Of a DNA stretch of 34,359 nt, positions 17,001 through 24,471 are shown piece after piece. Location: IMG/VR virus record IMGVR_UViG_3300034119_000831, positions 1-34,359 of that record; one strand, 5' to 3'. Both the position numbers and the translations under genes were made by a program. Origin of the DNA: a virus (lineage: Duplodnaviria > Caudoviricetes). The notes under the pieces are model-generated. The model made no database searches, was not told the origin of the DNA, and saw only the letters and a list, made by a program, of their open reading frames with translations. Within the stretch, counting starts at the first letter, position 1. The number at the start of each line of letters is the position of its first letter.

Positions 17001-20000
17001 ATGGCCCGCGTACCGGGCGAACGAGCGGACGCCAGCCTTGATGTAAATGTTGGCGATGCGGATTCCGATTACGATGATCTCCGGGTCCGCGCCGGAATAC
17101 GTGGCCCTCAGCTTCGCAAACTCCGCATCAATGGCAGCTTCTTCCTCTGCGGATAGGAATGACTCGCTCGGCGGCGGCGTGGTCGGCGGCGTGGTCGGCG
17201 GCGGCGTGGTCCCCTCCGTCGTCTTCGGCCCCTTCCCGGTTCCCTCCGTTGTCTTCGGGGCCTTGGGCTTCTTTATCCTTGGGCCGCGTCCGGCCTTCTT
17301 CTTTCCTCCAGCACCCTCGCCATCCCCACCGTCCCCGTCGCCGTCGGCGTCCCCTTGTCCATCCGGAGCGCCTCCGCCCTCCGTCTTTCCCTCAGCATCG
17401 CCGCTGCCTCCGCCAGCGCCATCGCCCTCGGCGTCCCCTTGTCCCTCAGGAGCGCCTCCGCCTTTTCCAGCACCCTCACCTTGTTCGGTGCGACCCCCTT
17501 GCCCTGTTGCTTTTCCATCCTCCTCCTCCTTCTGCTTCTTCCGTCTTGCTGCATCCTCGGCGCGAGCCTGGCGGGCATCCCTGGCCTTTCGAGCTGCGAC
17601 CGACAAAACCTGCGGGCGTCCCGGAATTTCCGCCCCTCCCCAAAGCCCGCCGCCGACGGCGAGGTCCTTTAGGGCCTTCTGCGCGCTTTCCGCGTAGAAC
17701 TTGAACACCTCGTCCGCCTCCTTGGCGGACTGGATCCCCATGAGCACCCCGACCAGCGCCTTGGTCTCGGGGTCCTCCTGGCCACCGATCCCGAGCGTGG
17801 CCTGATCGACGTACTCCTCAACGGAAAGCCCCGAGGACTTGATGTCCACGATGGCCTTGAACGCATCCCGGAAGACCGACCCAAGCTCGTAGGCCGTGCC
17901 CGCAAGCTGGGCCAGCATCCCGGCGTTCTTGGCGATGCCGTTGATGGCCTGCCTGAACCCGAAGTCCCCGGCCCGCTCGATGATGAACGCCGTGTCCCGG
18001 TAGTCCTTCGAGCCAAAGAGGTACGCCAGAAGCGCCTTGTTCGCGAAGGGCTCGATCTGGTCGTTGAGCTCGCCCTTCGGGTCCTGGAACTTCTCGCTCA
18101 TCCCGGACAGGGACTGAACCAGCCGCATGAACGGCTCGTTCTGCTTCACCATCATGGACCCCGTCTCCGACGGGTTGAGCTTCAGCAGGATTGTCGGGTC
18201 CCTGCGGATGGCATCGGCCACGCGCACGGCGGCGTCGATGATCGTCGGGCTGATTGCCGGCGCGTCGTTCGCGGTCTCGGCGAACCGGAGCTTCGTGGTG
18301 TTCGGGTACGAAAGCGCCAGCCGGAACGCCATGGGGTTGCGCATGGAGTCCACCTGCTCCGGCGTGAACCCGAGGCTCGCGGCGTTCTTGCGGAGCCAAG
18401 CCTTGTACCGTTCCATGGACTGGAACCCGGCCTTCCCAAGCGTCCCGGAGATGGCCCTGCGCACGCCTCGAAGCCGGTTGTTCCCGGAGATGGCCTGCGC
18501 CTTCTCGTCGATGATGATGCCGCCCGTGTCCGTCGTGCCGCTCTCCGCGAGCCTGTGCCCTCGAAGGTCCCGGCCGTACTCGTCGGCCTTCTCCTGTCGT
18601 TCCACGGTGTCGAGGACGCGGGGCTGGATCTTCTGGTTGTAGGCGTTCCCCTGGAACGACGTGACCACGTCGTCCGCCTCCATGAGCACCCACACGCCCT
18701 CGGCCGTGACGTCTGGATCCCTCGGGGCGTCGGCCATCCACGGCTTGCCGGTGATGACCTGGAGCCTCCCAAGCCCGGCGGGCCGGTCGAGAACGGCCGT
18801 CCCCGGCGCGTCCCCGGGAGTGATGGCGCCCGGGCCACCGACGGATTGCGCGTCGGCATCCATGGTTTCCTCCGTCCACGCGTTGGGGGCGGGAGGGGGC
18901 GTGGGCGTCGTGGGCGTTGGAGGGGTTGGGGTGGATGGGGGCTTCCTGCCAATCGGTTTTGACGACTTAGACGGCGCATCGCCCTTTCGGCCGCCTGCCG
19001 CCCATTGCAGCCACTCCTGATAGCGCTGTTCCTCCTGCAACGCGAGGAAGGCAGCGTCATTCCTTCGTTCCACGCCAAATTGCGTCAGGCGTTGGTGCAG
19101 CCCAATCAGCGCGTCCACCTCACGCTCATTGACATTGCGCTCGATGGCGCCATTGATGCGCCCCTCAAGCGTCCTTAGGAAATTCGAGAGCGCTTCGTCC
19201 AGCGCGGAAAGCACATCCGGATCAACGTTCTCCCCGTTCAGATACCGACCAGAAATCGCTCCGGCCAACGAGTAGGAGTTGGCCACGTTTTCCGGTAGGT
19301 TGAGCTGCCGCTTCAGCGTGCCGTCCAGGATTGCCTCGTCGATGGGCGACGGGACGTTTTCTGTCTCGGCCGTCCCAAGGCCCTCTTCCAAGATGCTCGG
19401 GTCCACCGTTGCAACGCGGCGCCCGGATTCATCTGTGACCGCTTGCTCACCTTGCGCGGAAAACAATCCAGCCTCGACGCCAGCACGTCGTAGTTGTTGA
19501 CGCCCCGGTGACCCTGGTTGGGTTGCGCCAGTGTATGGCGTGACGATAACGTCTCTACCCGGGCCAGTGTATGGCGGCGTGAACACGCGAGGCTGGGTTG
19601 GGCGCGGCGCCGGCAACAACCCTGCAACCCCACCCCCACCCGGCAACAACCCCGTTGCCCCCGGCGCCCCTGCCCCGGGCGCTCCACCCTCACCCTGACC
19701 CGCCACTTCTGCCTCGTCGTTGACCGGAACCAACGGCATGGGTGGCGCTGGGGTAACCGTCCTCGGCGCGTCGGGAGGAACCGCCCTCGCCACCGGTTTG
19801 CGGGACAACGCACCGCGCGCCCCTCCGAACAAGGCGCCCACCCCGCCGCCGTAGAGCGCCTCCTCGACGAGCTGCGCCCCGACGGCCCTGTCCGGGTCAT
19901 AGACCGCCTTGGCGGCGATGTCCGAAAGCACGCTCTCGGAGCCTTCCTGAAGCGCCTCGGAGACGCCCCCGACGACGGCCCCGCCTGCGGCCCGGGCGGC

Positions 20001-20834
20001 CCGTGGGCCGACGCGACGCGCGGCGGCCTGAACGACCGCCTCCGCTGCCCTCTTCGCGAACGGGAGCTTGCTTGCCGCGCCCCCGACCACGCCCAAGGCC
20101 CCTTCCGTGACCGCCCCAATCGGCGCGGTCGCCGCGAACGCGAGCTGCGCCCGGGACTCGCGCTCGCCCTGCAACGCCCTTGCGCCCTCCCAGTCGCCCT
20201 CCGCGAGCAGCTCGGCGATCTGCCGGTCAGTCGTTTCCCTCGCCTCATCGGCGGCGGCCTGCCCTGCGGACAAGCCGTACACCCCGCCCGCGACGAACGG
20301 CGCGGCCGGACCCGCAAGCGCGGCCGGGGCGATTCCGAGGGTCGCGCCCACGGCGCCGAAGAACTTGCCCGGGATGCGTTGCTCCGAGGCCGGGAGCACG
20401 GGAAGCCCAGCCCCGGCTTCCTCGATGGCGCGACCGGCTTTGGTGACTCCGGATTCCTCGATGGCCCGGATTCTCTCCTGTCCGGTTGGGGCCTGCCACG
20501 CCGAAGGAAGCGACCTTGCCGATGGGTCGAAGAACGCTGGCATTGGGGCCATTGGCGCCGCAAGCGTCCCTGCTGCTGTTACCGCCTTCCCCACCACCCC
20601 TGCCGCCTCGCGCCCCAACTGCGCCGCCGCCGACCCGGCCTCCTCCATGAACGTGTCCGGGGCCTGCGCCGCCTCCTCGCGGGTCCGGGCCTCGTTTTCC
20701 TCCTGCCTCCGCCTCAGAAGCGCGGCGCGGATCGCGTCCCCGTTCTCCGCGAGGAACTGCGGGATCTGGGACTCGTCGAGGGTGTCCTCGACCGTGGCGA
20801 TTCCAATCTCGCCGAAGTTGAGCGTCGTGGGCAT
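11064..20834 (-). CDS. Giant polyvalent, probably virion-ejected protein (ParB-like, SF2 helicase and ART-like domains)
   Basis: 3256 aa; ISGNNR; GNDAGTGKT, FDEAH, SATP, GGTGLSLHD, QRSARYG; LYRA..WFTDD..KEFFL; last of three ejection-like genes. Confidence 0.9.
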   Translation of the reverse strand: MPTTLNFGEIGIATVEDTLDESQIPQFLAENGDAIRAALLRRRQEENEARTREEAAQAPDTFMEEAGSAAAQLGREAAGVVGKAVTAAGTLAAPMAPMPAFFDPSARSLPSAWQAPTGQERIRAIEESGVTKAGRAIEEAGAGLPVLPASEQRIPGKFFGAVGATLGIAPAALAGPAAPFVAGGVYGLSAGQAAADEARETTDRQIAELLAEGDWEGARALQGERESRAQLAFAATAPIGAVTEGALGVVGGAASKLPFAKRAAEAVVQAAARRVGPRAARAAGGAVVGGVSEALQEGSESVLSDIAAKAVYDPDRAVGAQLVEEALYGGGVGALFGGARGALSRKPVARAVPPDAPRTVTPAPPMPLVPVNDEAEVAGQGEGGAPGAGAPGATGLLPGGGGVAGLLPAPRPTQPRVFTPPYTGPGRDVIVTPYTGATQPGSPGRQQLRRAGVEAGLFSAQGEQAVTDESGRRVATVDPSILEEGLGTAETENVPSPIDEAILDGTLKRQLNLPENVANSYSLAGAISGRYLNGENVDPDVLSALDEALSNFLRTLEGRINGAIERNVNEREVDALIGLHQRLTQFGVERRNDAAFLALQEEQRYQEWLQWAAGGRKGDAPSKSSKPIGRKPPSTPTPPTPTTPTPPPAPNAWTEETMDADAQSVGGPGAITPGDAPGTAVLDRPAGLGRLQVITGKPWMADAPRDPDVTAEGVWVLMEADDVVTSFQGNAYNQKIQPRVLDTVERQEKADEYGRDLRGHRLAESGTTDTGGIIIDEKAQAISGNNRLRGVRRAISGTLGKAGFQSMERYKAWLRKNAASLGFTPEQVDSMRNPMAFRLALSYPNTTKLRFAETANDAPAISPTIIDAAVRVADAIRRDPTILLKLNPSETGSMMVKQNEPFMRLVQSLSGMSEKFQDPKGELNDQIEPFANKALLAYLFGSKDYRDTAFIIERAGDFGFRQAINGIAKNAGMLAQLAGTAYELGSVFRDAFKAIVDIKSSGLSVEEYVDQATLGIGGQEDPETKALVGVLMGIQSAKEADEVFKFYAESAQKALKDLAVGGGLWGGAEIPGRPQVLSVAARKARDARQARAEDAARRKKQKEEEDGKATGQGGRTEQGEGAGKGGGAPEGQGDAEGDGAGGGSGDAEGKTEGGGAPDGQGDADGDGDGGDGEGAGGKKKAGRGPRIKKPKAPKTTEGTGKGPKTTEGTTPPPTTPPTTPPPSESFLSAEEEAAIDAEFAKLRATYSGADPEIIVIGIRIANIYIKAGVRSFARYAGHVKSKAPDLWERLKPHLASFWNSAIVGVDDAEEVTPSQARAIIADIDKPPGGGGGTPPPTPPPTTPPPPPGKPKTGRVRFVEVAMANGFNESQAGTLFDNYLNDGTARLNPATGQFEIDAGMETPEAMRKVLARAVPSDLLSNLKGNKLQIAFLYETSKGPAYAVTGETRKLKESLSRAGGRWNNPLRRWEFGRDSLNALREILPKASEGGDGSQRPVASHKTDPKLRGIRERADGRPDESGDPRVLRESVSADTAGLLRAGIAQGIPENVVNEQVEDVGAIARAHANGRRLFLLGNDAGTGKTFVLGGAIRELRRKGARRIVWVTPNKDLIRQAKEDLAKFGVDDIEFMTYAKFRETPPRDTDALVFDEAHYVKHSRDAKQGSTAQMWMRQAKFTIMASATPYEDPTQMEYVAGTGVFDEVGGFLNFAAAFGATVKRDASGEIFAVDWDQTQTFMEDAKAGRDYMRKLGIFVQRPMRLPLEQIETSLTPVPIDPKYGKILDDIERVAEATATDFDFGNTQKWLKMFRKRLLEYGKVQAGIDMARQAMAEGRWPIIFLETRSERIYNIPEILEKEREFLAAKAMAQSMRDTPPKRADYGLPPKGAVAIFEAYMNATGNRSIELPAMEDVLKEAFGPENTAIFTGSETEKGAQRELARWRQAPRPMVLVATMAKGGTGLSLHDRVGNHPTTQVNIILPWTASKVTQVTQRSARYGLKGVARINWLFVKDSELDRSLAGRVGQRMQSMGSLVRGEVPKVTMDIANFNIGEEMDTVGEEGETATAGTVRLYRAQPFQRSKGPTPEWIASDVQFQNTVSSQGRWFTDDLEEAKWYLEKEYPDGQVVYVDVPASEVEQFRVSNIPRSKSSEAKDNPAFYSRRPDKEFFLPANWIEKYGAAKPVQIVTPTQGPVSEALDNLKTAWTNYSNEAQKMGIRADPRETIRLQFKVYAALYKFAEAAIKVGAQSAADLARMAGVRLNGLVSKAWDHAKAGIDFEQYVPDDQDAVDLMEMGGFIDRLDRAAGRARAEAGDGPGAPTPPPEFQMPGTGRTARSEGLFKGRYETMTDEQVHAEAVRWVDAYGSDLEAALSDAMSGNPDLGMDNRGARNYVMLEIMARARNAAKTSPNAAVAQWILGNFLPRAAKAYSANATEAGRELGAINLAQARYSYLNPMLTLLNLIKERQRRLPFPEINSQEIREWLKGVRRRVVEEILRETSQPDNLVKRVFNRTARDMGINWREIMESSLEVQRNVYQAIYDSILAHPILSRMPDPARVELANLLGRQFQAKRDEIAKREIAKYVAPKANKKTQEALVNAFPRILKWANLGVLDDANFRDAVAPFFGVASLDSGIVQEITDMAQQAQAVGGENRKRILMDMYRRIQEVGGVRWGDVIQDYWYASVLSGTRTQVDGGMNVINGFIKTAALGLATPRKLDFFKAYGSGVADAAGDFFPILLRNDVWKSKAWDGERAPNALEALANSRNAFARVISNLKYVSRIMSALDHLNGLGTYRAGLVDALARTENEAAINRFLTPTAKDLADARTTAENEGTQPDRMKARVREILEQQLPAEVILDAQALMKAMNYTNMPKGFAGMVYRLSERMARSEDRLATKSGAGFVSKLALGTGFLRFATNMFNDYSDFMVAPAMVRWMLSRPGGRLAEEYRPIERRLLVAKAGIGAALGAFAATLFLGDDDDEDDRTIDITGSFKGLTPEKRKQLLAEGRKPYSVRVGDKYYSYRQFGFGSILGVIGELRDRQLFEREKWDQEAIYQKWADAAAAGLLVVTDSTAISGLTEFLGASNAYKYDSQEIIEKRLPRYFSRLAGSFVPNLLKEVDAWSEPSIFKAQTGGEYFVQQVPFLRRTVGPGPVLNVLGEPVAIERYPWSRWITARKDDAAWQTLGTLASKGVFLPTIGKRMVVNEDGTRREMTPAEEHRFQKAVGRAYREFVMENRFDLTTMPKAEAAAFIDKQTERIRNRTAKEMFGY

Positions 20835-20843
20835 GGGGTTGGC

Positions 20844-21818
20844 TCAGTAAACCTTCCAGGCGCCGGAAGGGTCGCGCATCACGTTGAAGACGTTCGTCCC
20901 GCGAGGCTGGACGATGCCCGCCCCGGAAGGCGGGTTCGTTCCCTGCGGAACTCGGGGACCCGGCGGGCGAAGGTCTGGCTTTGTCGCCCCATCCCCCTCC
21001 TGCCCCACCGTCCTCCCAAGCAACCCCTCCAGATTCTGGATGCGCGCCTTGAGTTCCTTGCGCGCGGTGGCCTTGGTCATGCCGCCAAACATAGGCGAAT
21101 CGACCTTCGGCTCCTTGCCCTGCGGGAAGTCGATTGAAACCTTGTCTCCCTTGACCCCCTCGATTTCCCGCAAGGCGCCCTTGAGGCCCTGGATTGCATC
21201 CCGCACGGGCTTCTCCTCGCGCCTGCGAAGCGCGGCTTCCCGAAGCGTCGGCAAATCTGAGGCAGGGACCTTGCGGGACACCTTGCCAAGGCCCTCGACC
21301 TCCTCGCTGATGTCCACAAGCTCCCCGGGCGCGGACTTTTCCCCGGCCAACAGCGATCGAAGCTGGGTGTTCTCGTTGCGAATCCGCGCAACCTCCTCGG
21401 CTGTCTGGCCCCGCTGTTCCTGCAAGGCGCTTTGCCGCCCAAAGCGTTCCTCCTCCACGGCCCTCGACGCCATGCCGCTGGCCCACCCCTGCCGGTACTC
21501 CGGGAGGTTCCGGATGTCCTGCGGAATGTCCGCGAAGGACTGCCCCGAAAGGGCCTCAGCCTGACCGAGTTCCGCGGCCTGCTTGGCCGACTGCTGGGCG
21601 CGCGCGCTGGCCCTAATGTCCAGTTCCCCGTCCGGCCCCGTGACCGCGTAGGGGCCGAACTCTGCGGCGACCTGCTCCCTGCGGATGCGGTTCTGCTCGG
21701 CGCGTTCCTTGGCGATTTCCTCGCGGTAGCGGCGTTGTTCTTCGAGCTGGCGCCGCTGCATCTCAAGCCCCGGCAACGCTCGAATCCCGGCCGTCGTATC
21801 GACGAATGTCTGTTCCAT
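20844..21818 (-). CDS. Putative internal virion/ejection protein
   Basis: GGGAGG RBS before ATG 21818; helical Q/E/R-rich; gene order. Confidence 0.6.
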   Translation of the reverse strand: MEQTFVDTTAGIRALPGLEMQRRQLEEQRRYREEIAKERAEQNRIRREQVAAEFGPYAVTGPDGELDIRASARAQQSAKQAAELGQAEALSGQSFADIPQDIRNLPEYRQGWASGMASRAVEEERFGRQSALQEQRGQTAEEVARIRNENTQLRSLLAGEKSAPGELVDISEEVEGLGKVSRKVPASDLPTLREAALRRREEKPVRDAIQGLKGALREIEGVKGDKVSIDFPQGKEPKVDSPMFGGMTKATARKELKARIQNLEGLLGRTVGQEGDGATKPDLRPPGPRVPQGTNPPSGAGIVQPRGTNVFNVMRDPSGAWKVY

Positions 21819-21819
21819 G

Positions 21820-22506
21820 TTAGCCTCCCAACCCGATTCCCTTGAAGATGCTGGTGAAGCCGCCGCCGCTTCCAAGCATGGCGCCTCCGAAGTCCGACAT
21901 GGCCTTTGCGCCGACCTCGGTTGCACCCTGCGCCATCGCGGCGTCCTTCATCGCCCCCATCTTCTCCGTCCGCTCGCGCGACCGGAGCGCCATGATCTGC
22001 GACGGCGTGAGCATGTAGTTCGCCATCTCCGCCCGGGGCGTGGTCCCGAGGATGCCCGCGAACTGTTGCTGCCCCATGTTCATGAGGTCGAGCGAGGTCC
22101 TGCCAAGGTCGCGGGCGACAAGGTTCCTGCCAGCCGGGGTGCCTCCGTAGCCGCCCGTGACGGCCCGCGCCGCGGCGGACCTTTGGATGACGTCCGCAAC
22201 GTCGGCCGGGATCTCGCCGCGCATGAGGGCGAGCGCGTTCTGGCTTCGCTGGGCCTGCCCCTCCTCGTAGCCCGGGATGGTTTCGCCCAGCATCTTCCGA
22301 AGCTCGGCGCGGTTGAACTCGTTGCGTCGGCTCTCGATCCCCTCGGCCTGCCCCTGCGACCCGGAGACGTCGCCATAGACGTCGCCCATCTTGATGCCCG
22401 GCAGGTTGGCAATCGCCTCCAACTGCCGCTTGCGACGCGACGCCGCGTTGGCGGCCATGAACGAACCGCCAATCGACAACCCTGCTCCCAAAAGCGCCTG
22501 GTACAT
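21820..22506 (-). CDS. Putative internal virion/DNA-transfer protein
   Basis: Gly/Ala hydrophobic termini around a helical core, as in podovirus ejection proteins; gene order. Confidence 0.65.
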   Translation of the reverse strand: MYQALLGAGLSIGGSFMAANAASRRKRQLEAIANLPGIKMGDVYGDVSGSQGQAEGIESRRNEFNRAELRKMLGETIPGYEEGQAQRSQNALALMRGEIPADVADVIQRSAAARAVTGGYGGTPAGRNLVARDLGRTSLDLMNMGQQQFAGILGTTPRAEMANYMLTPSQIMALRSRERTEKMGAMKDAAMAQGATEVGAKAMSDFGGAMLGSGGGFTSIFKGIGLGG

Positions 22507-23549
22507 TATCGAAACCCTCCAAATACACGTTCAAGGCGCGCTGGCCCGAACAACGACACGCCAACGCTGGCGCGTTCCGCCGGGCTGTACGCCTCCAATT
22601 CCTGCCGAAGCTGACGAATGGCCCTCTGGTGGAACCCCTCCGCGAGCTGGAGCTGGTTCGCGTCCTCAAGCTGGATGGCGCGCATCTCGTCCTTGATGGC
22701 CCCGAGGTTCTGGATGAAGAGCCAGTCGGAATCCGCGCGCGCCGGGATGAACTTCAGCCGGACGAGGGCCTCGACGGTCACGTTCGAGCACGACGTGTCG
22801 GCGGGCGTGCAACCGTTGCCCTCGGTTCCGCACCCGGCCTCGTCGCACCTGCGGGGCATCCGCACGAGGAACGTGCGCCGGTACTCCGGGACGGTGGTCC
22901 CGGCCGACCAGATGGCGACCTGGGTTTCCTGCCCGGTGGAGACGTTGACCGCCGTGGCCGTGACGCGGTTCGCCGTGACGGGCTTCTGGACGCCCGTGAG
23001 GCTGGGGGCCGCGAACGTGTTCACGCTCTCGACGTACCCGGCCGGGGCGACGAGCGTGACGTACTCGCCGTCGATCCACCCCTCCGTGGGGTCGTTGGTG
23101 CGGATGACGTTCCCGTTCACGTCGAGGCCCTGGAGCAGGACGCGCTGCCCCGCGTCGGCCGCGACCGATGCGTAGAGGCGGACCTTGGAGGCCCCCGTGA
23201 AGTCGCGGAACTGGGGGAAGATTCCCCGGTCGAGAAGCTCGCGTTCCGCGCACGGGTCCCGGGGGTCCGGGGCCTTGGCCTCCTGGAGGAACTCGTACCA
23301 CTCGTTGCGGATGGGGACGCCCTCCCCGCAGGCGAGGAGGCCCTCGACGTTCAGGACGTCCTCGGGCCACGTCACGCACCCGGCCGTCACGCACACGCGG
23401 ATGCGCCGGTACGTCCCCCACCACTTCCCGGCCATGGCAAGGCGGGACTGGGCCTCGTTCACGAGGTCCGTGAAGCGCGGGTCGCACGCCGCGAGGTTCA
23501 CGGCCTGCGGGATGCTGGAGGCCTTTGCTCGGGAAAGCGGGGTTCTCAT
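22506..23549 (-). CDS. Putative head-tail adaptor / tail tubular protein A-like
   Basis: LVNEAQSRL N-terminal helix, C-terminal A..F..RAI..L helices; position in tail module. Confidence 0.5.
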   Translation of the reverse strand: MRTPLSRAKASSIPQAVNLAACDPRFTDLVNEAQSRLAMAGKWWGTYRRIRVCVTAGCVTWPEDVLNVEGLLACGEGVPIRNEWYEFLQEAKAPDPRDPCAERELLDRGIFPQFRDFTGASKVRLYASVAADAGQRVLLQGLDVNGNVIRTNDPTEGWIDGEYVTLVAPAGYVESVNTFAAPSLTGVQKPVTANRVTATAVNVSTGQETQVAIWSAGTTVPEYRRTFLVRMPRRCDEAGCGTEGNGCTPADTSCSNVTVEALVRLKFIPARADSDWLFIQNLGAIKDEMRAIQLEDANQLQLAEGFHQRAIRQLRQELEAYSPAERASVGVSLFGPARLERVFGGFR

Positions 23550-24469
23550 AGCGTGTACCGGATGGAGAAGAACCGGAGCTTCCAGTTGGCGGGGGTGAAG
23601 AGATGGGGTGTTCCTGCGGTTTTGTTGTACACCATGATGTCGCTGGAACCTCCAGGGTTCGCCATGCAGGTCACGAAGATGTTCACCGCATCGAACGTGA
23701 TCTTGTAGGCCGTCTTGCCGTCAGGATCAACGTCAGTCCCTTGCTCGTAGTTGAACGTGACATCCCACGGCATGATGCGGTCCCCGACCGCGTAGCCATG
23801 CTCGGCCGTGACGCATACGAAGTAGGCCGTCACCTCGTCCGGAAGCGCCGTCAACCCGTGCCCCTGCGAGGACATGGTTCCGAACCCCGGAAGGCCCAGC
23901 ATCTCCACCGCCGACTTCTCGTAGGGCGGCGGGGCGGGTCGCTCGGGGGACACCATCTGGAAGTTGGTCCCGTCGTGAACCACGACGACGATCTTGCCGG
24001 AGGTGATGTCATCCTGCTCCAGGTCCACCGTCCCGCGCTTCTTGATCGGCACCGCCGTCAACCCATCCACCGAGAGCGTCGCCGCCCCGGTGTTCGCGAA
24101 GGTCGCCTTGAAGATGTACGTCGCCCCGAGTCGGTATGCCTCGGCTGGGGGCGCGGCCGGGGACTGCGTGTACGTGTACGCATTGGACGAACCGCCCGGC
24201 GTGCCCGCGTTGTGCAGGCTCGAAAGCCAACGGGTCCAAGCCGCGTCCGGGACGCTCCACTTGAGCGGTTCGAGCCCCGGGCCTCCGGACAAGCCTTGCC
24301 GGAGCCAGTAGAGGGCGACGTCCCCGGGGGCGCCGGTTCCGTCCTGCCATTGGATGCCCCCGGAGATCGTCGCGAGGATGGCCGCAACGTAGGCGTCGAG
24401 GCGCGCCTGCTCCGTTGGGTAGCAGGCGGGAGGCGGAAGCGTGCCGGGGGTGAGCGTTACCGTTGCCAT
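23546..24469 (-). CDS. Tail fibre-like protein
   Basis: FKATFANTGAATLSVDGLTAVPIKK...DGTNFQM motif typical of tail-fibre domains. Confidence 0.65.
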   Translation of the reverse strand: MATVTLTPGTLPPPACYPTEQARLDAYVAAILATISGGIQWQDGTGAPGDVALYWLRQGLSGGPGLEPLKWSVPDAAWTRWLSSLHNAGTPGGSSNAYTYTQSPAAPPAEAYRLGATYIFKATFANTGAATLSVDGLTAVPIKKRGTVDLEQDDITSGKIVVVVHDGTNFQMVSPERPAPPPYEKSAVEMLGLPGFGTMSSQGHGLTALPDEVTAYFVCVTAEHGYAVGDRIMPWDVTFNYEQGTDVDPDGKTAYKITFDAVNIFVTCMANPGGSSDIMVYNKTAGTPHLFTPANWKLRFFSIRYTL

Positions 24470-24471
24470 GG

